A DNA stretch of 64,000 nt, taken from Octopus vulgaris. Lineage: Eukaryota. The notes beneath the pieces were generated by a model, which was given only the letters and a program-made list of their open reading frames with translations, ran no database searches and was not told where the DNA came from. The translations under genes and the position numbers were made by a program. Positions within the stretch are counted from its first letter, which is position 1; each line of letters begins with the position of its first letter. This document shows positions 12,425-28,125 of this stretch, piece after piece. The stretch covers positions 31,372,001-31,436,000 of the forward strand of contig OX597835.1 of assembly GCA_951406725.2 (NCBI GenBank), read 5' to 3'.

Positions 12425-13281
12425 GTCAATCTAGCTAGCTAACTACGTTGATAGCGAGCTTAACTATATCTTGAATATAGGTTCATCAAATGGCGACGGG
12501 CTTGTTACAACACGGGGCAAAATGCTTAGCGGCATATCGTCTGTCATTACGTCCTAGGATGAAATGCCGCCGGCCGGGGTCGACTTTGCTTCTCATCCCT
12601 TCGGTTTCTAAAACAGCAACAACAACGGCAACAACAACAGAAAGAACCTATTGAACACAGCGGTCGATACAGTCCATTTAACCCCTCCCTTGAAAAAGCT
12701 GGTATCGTACCAAAATTTGAAAGCAATATACATTTATTATATGAACAAAAACGAAAGTAGAAAACGAAACCACATTGTCAACATTTGCTTCCATTTTTTA
12801 TTCCTTACCGTTTCTTTCTTTTTTTTTTTACAGAAACTCAGTTGAAAACCTAAAGTCTAACAAGAGTACAAGTAAGCGTTGTGTGCCGGCCTGTCTGTCT
12901 GTCTATAGAGGCGGGAACCAAACAATATCATATGGCATATTCTCCAATCCATCAAATAATGCTTTTTTTTAAAAAAAAAATTCTCCCTTATATATTGGAA
13001 CAAAACATCATCATAATCATCATAATCAACAATAACAGTAAAAAAACCCAAAAAACTATACCACATGTAACAAAAGAAGTAATGAAAACTATATAAAAAC
13101 TACAACAAAAAACTCTATGTCAGTAAATGGATAGAAAACTCTGAAATAAAGTAAATGTTTTTTTCTAAAAAAAAATTACAATTTACTCTCATATTTTATA
13201 TTTAGATACAGAGAATGGCTGAAGAAATCGAATAAAAATAATTGAGGAACTCGATATATATATATGTATAGATATATACGT

Positions 13282-13323
<42 letters not shown>

Positions 13324-13343
13324 TATATAGATGTACATATATA

Positions 13344-13412
<69 letters not shown>

Positions 13413-13520
13413 ATGTATGTGTGTGTGTGTTATTTAAATGTATTTGCATGTACATTTAAATGTATTCAAATCTATATTAATTTTAAATCAATATAGAAAC
13501 TATAAATATATACCCATCAG

Positions 13521-13562
<42 letters not shown>

Positions 13563-13563
13563 A

Positions 13564-13637
<74 letters not shown>

Positions 13638-14559
13638 TTTAATATTTTGTATTATATTTGTTCACGTGTTTGCCTCTACTTAGGTGTGAGTGTGTGTGTG
13701 TGTGTGTGTCTGCATATCAGAAAAATGTTTGTTCTTTTATTCAGATATTATTCCGATACATACGTACATATTATTTTCTAAACCAAACGAAATACCTACA
13801 AACATTTAAATAAAGAACGGATTAAAGAAATATATAAAGACATGTTCAATCGTAGCTGACTGCAAGTGAACGGCGAATAATATGCACTCTCACTAGACCT
13901 GTCCAAACTAATTTTCACTGCTTACTTCAATTTGGAAACCAAGTGTATCTTGAAGGTGCTTTTCGATACGACTTATACATATTCCACCCACCCCTTCTCT
14001 CTCTTTCTCTCTCTGTCTATTCCTCTCTCTTTCTCTGTCTCTCTGTCTCTCTCTCACTTTCTCTCTCTTTGTCTCTATCTCTCATCTTTTTCCTTTCCTC
14101 TACTTTTCACTCTATCACTACGTATCTCACTCTCTTTGTTCCCCACTTTTTACCGCCAACCAAATATATCATTCTTCCATTCATTCTTTCTTTTCTTTTT
14201 TCTTTCTTTCTTCATTTATTTCTTTCTTTTCCTCCTCCTCCTCTGCCTCCATTTCATATTTCTGTTACTTTTCCTCTCGTTTATCATCATCATCATCATC
14301 TTCTTCTTCTTCTTCTTCTTCTTCTTCTTCTTCTTCTTCTTCTTCTTCTTCTTCTTCTTCTTCTTCTTCTTCTTCTTCTTCTTCTTCTTCTTCTTCTTCT
14401 TCTTCTTCTTCTTCTTTCACCACCACCACCAATACTCTCCTCCTCCTCCTCCTCCTCATCATCATCATCATCATCCTTATCGTCATCAGTTCAGTTCACC
14501 ATGATGATACATATTGTATCTTGTAATATTTGTTCAGTTTTCTTCCTCTCCATACGCCC

Positions 14560-14980
14560 AAACGTGGGTATGTGGTTAAGAAGCAAGCTTTGCAACTCTG
14601 TGGTTAAGAGTTCAGTTCCACTACACGGCTACTTGAGCAAGTGTCTGCTACTGCAGCATGAGACCGACCAAAGCCCTGCGAGCGAATTTGGTGGATGGAA
14701 ACTGGTTGGAAACCTTTCATGTTTATATGCAAGTCTGTGTATTTTTGTGTATGTGAGTGTGCATAGATGTGTGTATATCTTTGTTTATATTTAACGTTCA
14801 CCACCACTAAACAAACGGTGTTAGCTTGTTTATGTCCTTGTAAGTTAGCAGATCTGCCACAGTAACCGACGGAATAAGTATATATGTTAACACAAGTGGT
14901 AGAGTTGATTTGTTCGATTAAACACTTCTAGACGGTGCCTCTGAATGACCGCTGTCCAATGATTCAAGTAAAAACCAAAT
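14560..14980 (+). mobile_element. Degenerate full-length SINE family B
   Basis: Head gtgtggttaagaagc...ttcagttccact, internal (TG)-rich tract, tail gaataagta. Confidence 0.65.
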
Positions 14981-15049
14981 ATCTATCTAACTATATAACA
15001 ATCAATTACTCACTCACTCAATCAGACAGTCTACCAATTAATCAATCCA

Positions 15050-15092
<43 letters not shown>

Positions 15093-15093
15093 G

Positions 15094-15159
<66 letters not shown>

Positions 15160-15174
15160 TACATGCACAAATGC

Positions 15175-15395
15175 ATATACATCACTGTGATCACCGTGAT
15201 CGACCAGGCTATCAGATGTTGTTACACATCGCTGGTCACAGTGCGCTTCGCGTTGCTTTAGCCTCCAAATGACGCCACCCCGCTGGCTAGGCGATCAGGC
15301 CAACAGAAGAAGAAAGAGTGAGAGAAAGTTGTGGCGAAAGAGTGCAGCAGGGATCGCCCCCCCCTGCCGGAGCCGCGTGGAGCTTTAGGTCTTTT
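15175..15395 (-). mobile_element. Interspersed repeat, probably the body and tail of SINE family C
   Basis: GC-richer block between microsatellites; family assignment is from memory. Confidence 0.5.
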
Positions 15396-16216
15396 TCGTC
15401 TCCACACATATACATACATGTGCATATATATAAAATAAGTACCAGTTGAATACTGGGGTCGATGTATTCGACTCATCCCGTCCCCGACATTGCTGACCTT
15501 GTGTCAGAATTTGAAACTATTATATAAGTTATCTATTATCCTCGTTCTGTCTCTATAACATCCATACGTATATATCTATACACATATATAAACTTACACA
15601 TCTGTATATATTTCTTAACGTATCACGTTAGTTCACACCAAATATCAACGATATATGCACCTGATACTTTTGTTCGCACATACAGTACGAATTATACACA
15701 ACGCAACTCTCCAAACAAACACACATCTATACAACCGTATACTACATCACAAATTGCACACACATACACACATACACGCGTGCACGCGAACACACACACG
15801 CAGACATATACGCACACCATGAAATGCACGCAAGCACAGAAATGAATCTAAAATATATAGAAACAAGTACAAGGACAAACACACACACAAAAATATACAA
15901 AACAGATACAAATACAAACGCATAAAAAACATACTTTTACATAAACAAAACGCACAAAAACCTCTACAAACACGCGCTTCCATCCGACCACCACTGGCAT
16001 CTCCAAACCACCCAAATACACCGACGTGGTAGAAGGGCAAACGTACACATGGTTAAATAGAATATATCCCCCCTCTCTCTCTCTCTCTATCTATCTATCA
16101 ATCTGTCTGTCTATCTATCTATCTATCTATCTGTCTATCTATCTACACACAAACACACACACACACATATATACATATATAGATATAGATATATATACAT
16201 ATATATATATGTATAC

Positions 16217-16259
<43 letters not shown>

Positions 16260-16276
16260 CGTACATATATACGTAC

Positions 16277-16326
<50 letters not shown>

Positions 16327-16358
16327 GTACACACACACATATATATATATATATATAC

Positions 16359-16417
<59 letters not shown>

Positions 16418-16816
16418 TGTATATGGGCGTGTGTTCCAATCAAGGCTGACATAGATAGAACGTCAACAGAAAGGAAAAAAAATAAATCGTATTTAATAAA
16501 ATAATGACAAATGACAAACAGATACAAGGCGGAAGTAAAACGGTAAGTCTAGCTAAAGATTGGAAACAAGGAATGAGTTTCATGGTAGAAAAGAGAAATA
16601 TATGTTATGTGGTGTGAGGGAAGATGGTAAAAAAATTGAAATTGAGGAGAAAAAATGGTGAATTCTCTGGTAGCATCACTGAAGAAATAACTATTCATGC
16701 ACATTCGTACCTGTGCGAGGTTTCGTTTTTTCATTTCGTGTTTTTTTTATATATATAAAAACACAAACCTTATTTATCATTGTAGATCGCTTTATACTTT
16801 AATACCTACCTACCAA

Positions 16817-16855
<39 letters not shown>

Positions 16856-17233
16856 ATATATGCATGAATATATGTGCGAGTACATATCTATGTCGAAAAT
16901 ATATGATATATATATACACATACACACGAACAAATATACACACACATACACATACGAACATGTTTAGGTGCGCGTGTTCATGTGTGTATGTGTGTGGTGT
17001 GTACACATTACTGAATAGTTCCAGTAGCAGAGATAAATATATTAATTTATATATGCATTAGATGTTTATTTATATATTTGGTTAATTCTGAAGAGATCAA
17101 CAATAATTTGAACCGATTTCCTGTAAAGTTATCTACAAATAAATATATAATTGAAATATATATTTACGATGGGTGTATACATACATACATCCATCTATCC
17201 ATCCATCAATACATACATACATACGTACGTACG

Positions 17234-17295
<62 letters not shown>

Positions 17296-17299
17296 ATAT

Positions 17300-18152
<853 letters not shown>

Positions 18153-18331
18153 ATCACCCCACAAATTTTTATGGATAACACCATACAAAATTCTGGTGCA
18201 TCTAAACTATGGTTACTGAAGTCGGAAGCATCCTTGTGGTGGTCTCACGAAGCACCTTTCGGAATTCCTTACGCGGAGTGCATGAGGGTGGTCATGTCTC
18301 ACGCTAGTGTATTGGCATATCCGCAGCGCTG

Positions 18332-18565
18332 AAGTTGGCGAGCTGGCAGAATCGTTAGCACGCCGGGCGAAATGCTTAGCGGTATTTAGTCTGCCGTTAC
18401 GTTCTGAGTTCAAATTCCACCGAGGTCGACTTTGCCTTTCATCCTTTCGGGGTCGATAAATTATATACCAGTTACGCACTGGGATCGATGTAATCGACTT
18501 AATCCCTTTGTCTGTCGTTGTTTGTCCCCTCTATGTTTAGCCCCTTGTGGGTAATAAAAAAAACA
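18332..18565 (+). mobile_element. SINE family A, full length with 15-bp TSD
   Basis: TSD atatccgcag[c/g]gctg at 18317-18331 and 18566-18580. Confidence 0.92.
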
Positions 18566-18871
18566 ATATCCGCAGGGCTGCTTCCAAGTTATGTGTTATA
18601 AGAGCATTTTTTTTTTCGATATAATTTTTTTGTTACCTAAGCATGTTACCATCGTAGGTGCAAGATGTCGATTTTGTTAAATGATATAGTGATTGTTAAT
18701 TTCCAACCTGTTGGAATACACAACCGAAAGAGGTAAAGTGGTTTCATGCTATCATGATACGTGAATAAGCATATTTATAAGATACACCATATATCGGATG
18801 TGTAATATTTTTCTCTCACCGGATGGAATGGTTCTTTGTCGATTCTACCTTTATTAGATCTTTAAACTATA

Positions 18872-19233
18872 CTAGCACTATGACCCGGCAACGCCGGGTC
18901 ATAGTGCTAGTGCATGCATATACAGCTGCGTGCGCACATACACGCGAGTACTGTCCAAATCTCCGACCAATCACATGCAGCTAGCTGGCATTCAATTGGC
19001 GTATCAAGTTTCGGGCATTTTGATTGGGTTTTGGATAGAAAATTCACAAAAAGTCACTTCTATTGATTTTTTAATGGCTTTGCGGGGTGACTGGAGAAAT
19101 GTAAAGATGTGCACGACCACTCTTGAACAGTTTTAAATGACCATAGAAAGTGCGAGCTCGCAAACTGAAAATTGTGGATTTGTATGAAGGACACACACAC
19201 AGACAGACATTTTGCCGTTTATATACATAGAGA
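18872..19233 (-). mobile_element. Non-autonomous Helitron
   Basis: Minus strand: A|TC 5' end, subterminal hairpin gacccggc/gccgggtc, CTAG|T 3' end, no TSD. Confidence 0.8.
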
Positions 19234-19569
19234 TACTTTAAGGTATGGATGATTTAAGTTTAGTTTTAACCTCCCTGTTCTTATAAATACCAAGTGGCTA
19301 TTTAACTCACTTTCTTATCGCGGATGCATGTATGAGTGAGTGTATACGCGTAATGCAGTTTGCGCGAAGGCGTTTATAAATCCCTATTTGTTAACGGTTA
19401 TTTTTAATACTTTTCTCGCTGCATTGCGTGTTCGTTTTTATTTTTTTTCATCTGTGATTTTATTTTCTATCACTGTCAATGAAGATATTTCCTTCGTTTC
19501 GTTGCTTTTCTTTCAACGAAAAGAGAAGATACACTGTTGAACTGTTATTTTAAAGTGTTGTGTCTATTT

Positions 19570-19675
19570 ATCACCCGATGAGACACATCTACACCGCCAG
19601 ATGCTCCCTAACCAGTCGTTGAGTGTCCCACCCGTGAGGGAACGATGCTAGATGTGTCGAAACAATTGTCGCGAT
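19570..19675 (+). ncRNA. Type I hammerhead ribozyme (U4C core, 10-bp stem II, GUC)
   Basis: atcac CCGATGA gacacatcta (57 nt) tagatgtgtc GAAAC aatt GTC^ gcgat. Confidence 0.7.
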
Positions 19676-19782
19676 TAATAATAAGTTCTCGTATATTCCA
19701 TCTTCTGCCTTTCATTTACCATATGTGTGTGTGTGTGTGTGTGTGCGTGCGTGCGTGTGTGTGTTTGTTTGTGTGTGTGTGT

Positions 19783-19853
<71 letters not shown>

Positions 19854-20394
19854 TGTGGGTATAAACAAGCACATACACATATTCATATACAAACGGACGG
19901 AAAGTCTGTTTTGAGGCATTTGCTCTATTATATGAGTTTATATTCCGAAGACAGAAATGCTATCCTTCTTCGGACAATGCCGGAATGTGCTAAGGTGGAA
20001 CATGACCAACAGCGGCCCCGAGAAATCTCTGCAATCGACCAGGCTGTCTATGGTCAAAACACATGTGTGACAGTGACGTAGATGTCTGAAACGCCAAACA
20101 CTGCGGTGAGGGGCAAGTGTGGCTCTTGTCCCACACTCGTAAAACATTAGCATATGCACCCAGGGTAACAGAAAGTTTGAACGAATTCTCAGCGACAGCG
20201 AATATCCGACGACAATTCTACACTTACCCACGCACAGCCCCATGTATGTGTGTGTGTGTATAAATACATGTGTGTATAAATATATATATATTCATATACA
20301 TATACACACATATATACAGATATATATACATATTTGTTTGTATATATATATATATGTATACAAACATACATATATTTGCATACGTGTATGTGTG

Positions 20395-20670
20395 TGTGAC
20401 TGTATGTATGTGTGTGTGTCTGTATGTATGTATGTGTGTGTCTGTATGTATGTATGTGTGTGTATCTGTATGTATGTTTGTGTGCTTGTATGTATGTGTG
20501 TGTGTCTGTATGTATGTGTGTGTGTCTGTATGTATGTGTATGTGTCTGTATGTATGTGTGGGTGTGTCTGTATGTATATATGTGTGTGTGTGTCTGTATG
20601 TGTTTGTGTCTGTATGTATGTGTACCTGTATGTATGTGTGTGTGTCTGTATGTATGTGTGTGTGTGTGGT
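20395..20670. repeat. Compound (GT/GTAT/GTCT) minisatellite of about 20-bp period
   Basis: Recurrent gtatgtatgtgtgtgtgtct units. Confidence 0.75.
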
Positions 20671-20808
20671 GTAAGCTTATGTGTATTTGTAATTATGTTT
20701 GCATATGTTTTGTGGTGAACATAATAGCTGCTAGATTCTATTAGCTGTTATCAGTTGTTGGCTTATCAGATAATGGTCATATAGTTTGTGTGTTTTGTGT
20801 ATGTGTAA

Positions 20809-20867
<59 letters not shown>

Positions 20868-21095
20868 TGTGTATTTCTCTGTGTTTCTGTGTAATCTATA
20901 TCTGCCTGCATGTATATAGGTTAATCATGTAAAGAGGAGACAGAGAGATTGTCTTGCGTTGATTAAATCGGTGGGAAATCATTCGTTGACGTCAGACGGT
21001 CACCCTACGACATAGAAACTCTCTTACTTTTCTGACTCCTATCCGTCGTCATTCTCTCTTTCTATTTAGTCCATATCATCCGCATCCATCCCTCC

Positions 21096-21185
<90 letters not shown>

Positions 21186-21208
21186 ACATCTATCTGTCTG
21201 TCTGTCTA

Positions 21209-21252
<44 letters not shown>

Positions 21253-21429
21253 TCTATTATCCATCCATGTGAATCTTATCAATTGATTCATCTACTAATC
21301 TAACCAGCTATTTTTCACTTATTACCCCAAACGCAAAAGGGACACGGAATTTCTATGTGTGAATGTTTGTGTATGTGTGTATGTATGTATATGTATATGT
21401 ATGCATGTACATATGGATGTATGTGTCCT

Positions 21430-21473
<44 letters not shown>

Positions 21474-21819
21474 GAATTTTTTGGACACAACCAAGAATGG
21501 ATAATTACATGTCTTTAATTCAGTTTACATCATATAAAACGCTAATATATATGCATATATAATCTAAATCTCTTAAAGTAAGGAGAGAGAAAGAAGAGAG
21601 AGGGTGAGATAGAGACAGACGGACAGATAGTTAGATAGATAGATATATATAGAGAGAGAGAGAGAGTGAGAGTGAGAGAGAGAGAGATTAAACTATAAGT
21701 GTTAAGGACAGAAAACGCAACAAGAAATTTTGATGAAAAATATTAATTATATCGGTTAGTTTTTTAATTACTTCCTTAATCATACAAACAACAACAAAAA
21801 CATTCAGTAGTCTTTGATA

Positions 21820-22055
21820 ACTGTGGAGCTCTTGGCTTAGTTTCTCCTTGGGGCTGGCCAGATTGGATCAATTTCAAGATTAATCAGCCGAAATTGCGAG
21901 GATGATACGGTTCTTGACTGAAGATAAAAGGCTTCGAATGACCCGTCTGTGTTTTTTTTTGTATCGTCTATCTGGATGTTTTGTTGTTCCTTTTTGTATC
22001 AGCTAGTTGTCCGGATGTTTTGCTTTCTTGTCCCATTTTGTATCTTATTTTATCT
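21820..22055 (+). mobile_element. Interspersed repeat abutting (TA)n; related copy at 56085-56420 (-)
   Basis: Shared caagattaatcagccgaaatt...cggttcttgactgaaga...ttcgaatg. Confidence 0.7.
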
Positions 22056-22081
22056 ATATATATATAAATAAATATATATAA

Positions 22082-22262
<181 letters not shown>

Positions 22263-22297
22263 ATATACATATATATATACATATATATATGCATATG

Positions 22298-22332
<35 letters not shown>

Positions 22333-22347
22333 GCGTGTGTGTATATG

Positions 22348-22391
<44 letters not shown>

Positions 22392-22637
22392 AACACTTAT
22401 TTACACCATATTTTCTCGACCTACACAGGTTTTGACTACAGTGACTACACACTGTTTGGATATTCAACCAAGCATCATGGTCGGTGCAGATTTTTCAGGG
22501 TCCTCAACCTCTGCTGTTTCGAAGTAAAACTGAAGAAATCAACAAACTGAATTAATAAACTTTGTTGATTCCTTAAGCTTTACAAACACAGACACACACA
22601 AACACACAGGCGCATATATATATATATATATATATAC

Positions 22638-22793
22638 AACGAGCTTCTTTCAGTTTTCGTCTACCAGATCCACTTACAAGGCTTTGGTCGAGCTGAGGCT
22701 ATAGCAGAAGACACTTGCCTAAGATGCCATGGAGTGGGACTGAAACCGGAATCAAGTTGTTGGGAAGGAAGCATCTTACCACATAGCCACTGC

Positions 22794-22795
<2 letters not shown>
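22638..22795 (-). mobile_element. SINE family B, 5' half
   Basis: cttctttcagttt...agaagacacttgcc...cttaccacatagccac. Confidence 0.85.
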
Positions 22796-22884
<89 letters not shown>

Positions 22885-23021
22885 ATACAGTGTACGTTCA
22901 AACACAAAAGAGATACCCGAAGAATAGAATATCTGACTCGGTAGAAAGAGCAGTTAAAACTCCAAGCAACCAATTGTTGTAATTCCGAAAGTGATTAGAA
23001 AATAAAAACTTTTACCTTAAT

Positions 23022-23108
23022 CCTAGACCCTGCAAGGTTTCTGCAGACTTAAATACAGACTGAAATAAAATAATTTCAGTCAATATCCGGCGCTGCTTCT
23101 TCAGTAGG
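23022..23108 (-). ncRNA. Type I hammerhead ribozyme (canonical core, extended stem II, GUC)
   Basis: ccta CTGAAGA a gcag...(gactgaaat/atttcagtc)...ctgc a GAAA cctt gc aggg TC^ tagg. Host element about 22885-23345 ends in an inverted repeat (23248-23284/23306-23342). Confidence 0.75.
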
Positions 23109-23353
23109 TTGCCAGGACTGAACACATAGGCACGGAGCGATAAATAACCCGCCACGTGACTATAGGTTCTAATTTTTCGAATCTACCGCGCAGAAGCGGA
23201 ACTCAACCTGCACTAAAATACAAATTGCCAAAAAACATTTTATCATCAATTAAAATCTTAGGGTAGCAAGAATATTCATCGAAAAATTTATGGGAAGTAA
23301 GAATCTTTCGATGAATATTCTTGCTACCCTAAGATTTTAATTAAATAAATATA

Positions 23354-23391
<38 letters not shown>

Positions 23392-23406
23392 TATGCATAT
23401 GTACGT

Positions 23407-23454
<48 letters not shown>

Positions 23455-23455
23455 T

Positions 23456-23516
23456 TTATTTAAAGCAGCAGAAAATTCAACAAAATTTTGTTGAATTTTC
23501 TGCTGCTTTAAATAAA
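23456..23516. repeat. Perfect ~60-bp palindrome at the end of a short element in (TA)n
   Basis: tttatttaaagcagcagaaaattcaacaaaa|ttttgttgaattttctgctgctttaaataaa. Confidence 0.9.
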
Positions 23517-23588
23517 GCATATTACTCTACCACTGGTATTTGAGTAATCTTATTTCCACCTTGTTTCACATTTATGTGTTTATTCCGG

Positions 23589-23630
<42 letters not shown>

Positions 23631-24209
23631 TATTTAATTGACAAATTCACAGGTAAAGTGAGTGGCTTATGGAGTTCATTTGGTTAATTTAGGAATCATC
23701 TCCATCCCCCATCTTCATAACCAATAATACCACCGTCACCACCATCATTACAATCACTGCAGCTGCTGTCCCCGATGCCATCACTGTCAAGTGTTTAAAC
23801 GTATCCATCATTGCCTTATCAGTTCATTATATCCCAGCATGCACTGCTGCTTCTCTCTCAATTTGGCTCATATTTACTCCAAAATCTTCAGCAACTTCAA
23901 TCGCACGTGCCATCACGTCCCCGCCCCTCACTAGCAACAATTATCCCCCTGCCACCATCGTCAACATCCCCACCACCCCACCATCACTTTCTCCCTTTCT
24001 GTGGATTAGGGTTCATGCCGGGAGAATCATTTTCCACGCGTCCGATGTTTTGTCCCCCCATGTCGTCTTCGCACGATCTCTCGCCACGCTCTTTCTCCTT
24101 TCTTCGTCATTCGCTTTACTTTTGATCCTGTATCAATATATTTTCGCCCAGCCTACGATTCAGCTTGAAACAAATAGTATGTATACATATATGTGTGTGT
24201 GTCTGCGTA

Positions 24210-24274
<65 letters not shown>

Positions 24275-24339
24275 AATAAAATGAGACAACACAGCCAGGC
24301 TGTATAGAATTTTCAGGTCATTTATAAAAAGATATCTAG

Positions 24340-24385
24340 TCTTACAGCTGTTTCTGGGATAGTAGGGATATCCCTTCATCAGAGA
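24340..24385 (-). ncRNA. Type I hammerhead ribozyme (canonical core, GUA)
   Basis: tct CTGATGA a gggata tccctac tatccc a GAAAC agct GTA^ aga; palindromic ACAGCTGT stem III. Confidence 0.75.
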
Positions 24386-24471
24386 TGATGTGAGATGTTC
24401 AAATAGAGGGAACTAGATAACAATACCTCTCATATCAATCAATCAATCAATCTATCTATCTGTCTCTCTCA

Positions 24472-24551
<80 letters not shown>

Positions 24552-25037
24552 CACACACACATATATATATATATATATGTGTGTGTGTGGCCGCGGGTGT
24601 ATCGTTGGCGATTTTGATGATGACCTTAACCATATTGAGGATGATGAGGACGATGTGATGATGATAATGAGGAGGAGGGGGATGATGAGGAGGACGACGA
24701 CGACCACCACGATGATGATATTGATGCTGATAGTGTCGGTGATGCTGCTCAAGCAATTGATGGCGCTGTTGTTCGGGTATTTTTACCTTATATTTTTTAC
24801 TCTGCGCATGCGTTCGTGTATGTGCGTCTGCGTCAGCGTGGGTGTGTGTATGATTCTAAGTGCATACGTTTGTGTGTGATTATCTTAATGTGTATGTTTA
24901 TTCTCTCTGCATGTATACATGCATATAAACGTGTGTGTGTGTGTGTTTTTTTCTGAGTATGTATCCAAACGCCTGTCCATGTAACCAATCAAGTCTCGGT
25001 ATGTTCATATACTACATGCACATGTACACACACAAAT

Positions 25038-25069
<32 letters not shown>

Positions 25070-25082
25070 GTGTGTATAGCTA

Positions 25083-25260
25083 CTGTATTCTAACATGTAT
25101 ACGGAACATTTTTTGTCAAATATTAGGCTTAAAAATATGGAAGTTTCTTATACATGGATATTATCATAATCCCTTACAAAACCATTTTTCCAAATGTTAA
25201 GCCCCCATAATTTAGGGGATACCTTATACACGAGGGTTCCTTATACACGTTAAAATACGG
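25083..25260. mobile_element. pogo/Tc2-like MITE (degenerate)
   Basis: TA|ctgtattctaacatgtata ... tatacacgttaaaatacgg imperfect TIRs. Confidence 0.55.
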
Positions 25261-25294
25261 CGATTTCTTTGCCTTATTTGAACTTTTCACTATT

Positions 25295-25331
25295 CCTTTC
25301 CGACGCAGAGCTATGCACGAAACGTCAAAGG
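25295..25331 (+). ncRNA. Minimal hammerhead-like motif (degenerate, same family as 11101-11135)
   Basis: ccttt CCGACGC a gagc tat gcac GAAAC GTC^ aaagg; downstream ctgagcgtc..taatac is shared with the 11 kb element. Confidence 0.55.
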
Positions 25332-25423
25332 CTTTCTCTGTTTACTGAGCGTCAAACTAATACATTCCTTGTGCACGTCTATTATTGTTAATTTTATCAT
25401 TCATTTATTTGAATTGACTATCA

Positions 25424-25462
<39 letters not shown>

Positions 25463-26274
25463 TGTATATGTATGTATGTATGTATATATGTATGTATGTA
25501 TGTTTAATCGCACGCGCGCACACACATAATCACTATATATATAACTGCATGTCAATATATATATATATACATATATATATCTATTTGCGTGTCCATGTAA
25601 CCTTGCCAGTGTGTGTGCATGTGCATATATATATATATATATGTATATATATATGTGTGTGTGTGTGTGTGTATGTTAGAGAGACAGAGTGAGTGATTGT
25701 GAGTGTGTGTTGGGGTGTATGAATGTGTGTGATTGTGTTTGTGTGGTAGTGGTGGTAGTGGCGGTAGTGGCAGTAGTGGTGGTGTGTGTGTTTTATAAAA
25801 GGGATTAGAAATTCCCATTCAGGGATTTGACCTCACGCAGTGAAGATAAGGCGATGAGATTTTCAAAAACAAATGAGGACGATGAGTAGACGCCGCCCCC
25901 TTTATTCTTAAAACATACCACCACGCCGCCCCCACCACCGATATTCATAATATTTTGTATATATATAGATACATCAATATAGGCATATGTTTGTGTGTAT
26001 GGTTGTGTGTGCAATCATGCGTGTGGGTGTGGGGTGAGTGCATAGATATAAATACTTATATGTACATACATATATATATTCTTCAATAAACATGCATATG
26101 ACTTGTACACACACACAAAAACACATAGATATACCCGTAAATTCATATACATATATACATATATATATATGCATAGATACACACATATATATATATACCT
26201 AAATACATACATATATATATATACACATATACATGCATATATATATATGTGTATATATATACATATACATACAT

Positions 26275-26313
<39 letters not shown>

Positions 26314-26377
26314 TATATATATATACATACATACAAATATATACATATATACATATATACTTAGGTATACATACATA

Positions 26378-26417
<40 letters not shown>

Positions 26418-27042
26418 CATTTATATATCTATCTCTCTATATATGTATGTATATATATATGTATATATATATATAATATAAATATATATTAGCACACATT
26501 GATATGTATATATGCATATATACATGTATATGTATATATACATGTATATATATATGATATAGATATATATACTTGCACACATTTATATGTATATCTAAAA
26601 GTACTTGTATACACCAATAAGTGCTTATGTGTGTGTTTATGTTTGTGTTTGAATGTGTGTACATGTATGCATACATGCATTTATACATAGATGAGTGTAT
26701 ACTATTTTATTTGAGTGTACATGTAATATATATTTTGCACACACATACACGCATACACACATATCTACACTGTCTTTCTTTCACTCTCTCTCCCTCTCTT
26801 CACCCTCTCTCCCTCACACACACATTCACGTGCACTCACAGTCCAAAGCTTACATATATATACATACTATATGTTTGTTAATAACTCTTCTGTCTGCTCT
26901 GTCGTTTTGAGGCTTCGGGATCAACCTAATAGATAAAAAAAATACACCAATATATAAACAAATAAATAAATAACAATAATAAATAAACAATTTCAGATTA
27001 AAAATATTAAACATCAACAAATGGAACAAACATTCACAAAAG

Positions 27043-27086
<44 letters not shown>

Positions 27087-27250
27087 TCTACATAAATACA
27101 TAATTGTTTTTAGTTCAACTATTGACATGTCAACAACAGAGCAGAGTCAGTGCTCATGTAATTCCCTTTAGCGAAACAACAGACGTGATAAAGCAAACCT
27201 TAGTGAAATATTTTGAAAAAAACTCTTGGAGTTAAAACAAATAGCATACT

Positions 27251-27286
<36 letters not shown>

Positions 27287-27575
27287 AGTGTGAGTAGTGA
27301 ATGAGAGAGAAGGAGGGAGAGAGAGAGAGGTTGAGAGAGAAATAGAAAGGTTTTATGGCTATGCAGATAAGAGTTTTGTAGTGCTATAGTGCTATGGGTT
27401 GACAATATGTAGAGGTTTGGCTTCAATCTTAGTTTAGTCCATTCGAATGCACCGCCATATTTTTCTGGTCTGTATATATACATAAAGGGAAAGTTTACGA
27501 AAATAAACAAAAGACGAAGGCAGGTGGAGTACAAATAAACAAATGTATTAGTATAGCGCTCAGGAATAGAAAAAG

Positions 27576-27613
27576 TCTTTTACGTTTCGAGCCTACGATC
27601 TTCGACAGAAAGA
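27576..27613 (-). ncRNA. Minimal hammerhead-like motif (A6U core) in element about 27487-27680
   Basis: tcttt CTGTCGA a gatc gtag gctc GAAAC GTA^ aaaga. Confidence 0.55.
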
Positions 27614-27684
27614 TACACAGAAAAAAAAACAAGGAGAGAAAAAATGCGTTAAGTAGCTTACGATCTATCATGGCGTATTTATAC

Positions 27685-27747
<63 letters not shown>

Positions 27748-27794
27748 CAGTGTACATTTAAACACATAGGAGGTATCCATCATAGGACTCCTTC

Positions 27795-28125
27795 AACCTC
27801 GGCGAAAATTTGAACTCAGAACGTAACGGTAGACGAAATACCGCGAAGCATTTCGCCCAGAGTGCTAACGTTTCTGCCTGCTCGCCGCCTTTAAGCATAT
27901 TTTATAATCATTTCTAGTATCGAATAAGGCGTGAAATTTTGGGCGAGGTGACTAATCTATTCCATCGATTCCAGTGCTCAACTAGTACATATTTTATCGA
28001 CCTCGGAATGTATGAAAGGCAAAGTTGAACTCCGTGGAGATTCGAACTCAGAACATAAAACCGGAAGAAATATCGCTAAGATTTTTTTTCCCCGATGTAC
28101 TAACAATTCTCCTAGTTCATCGCCT
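27795..28125 (-). mobile_element. SINE family A, two partial copies
   Basis: tttgaactcagaacgtaacg...ctcgccgcc and a degenerate second copy. Confidence 0.8.

Noticed and set aside
21845-21945. Hammerhead in the 21.8 kb/56.2 kb repeat family
   Set aside because: A ggctg/cagcc-GAAA stem and a separate CTGAAGA exist, but no single fold has core, stem I and UH together.
22408-22505. Partial hammerhead (minus: CTGAAAA ... AAAAcct gtgt aggTC)
   Set aside because: Two core mismatches and no stem I pairing. Similar partial matches at about 11675-11712, 16705-16726 and 43030-43058 were also rejected.
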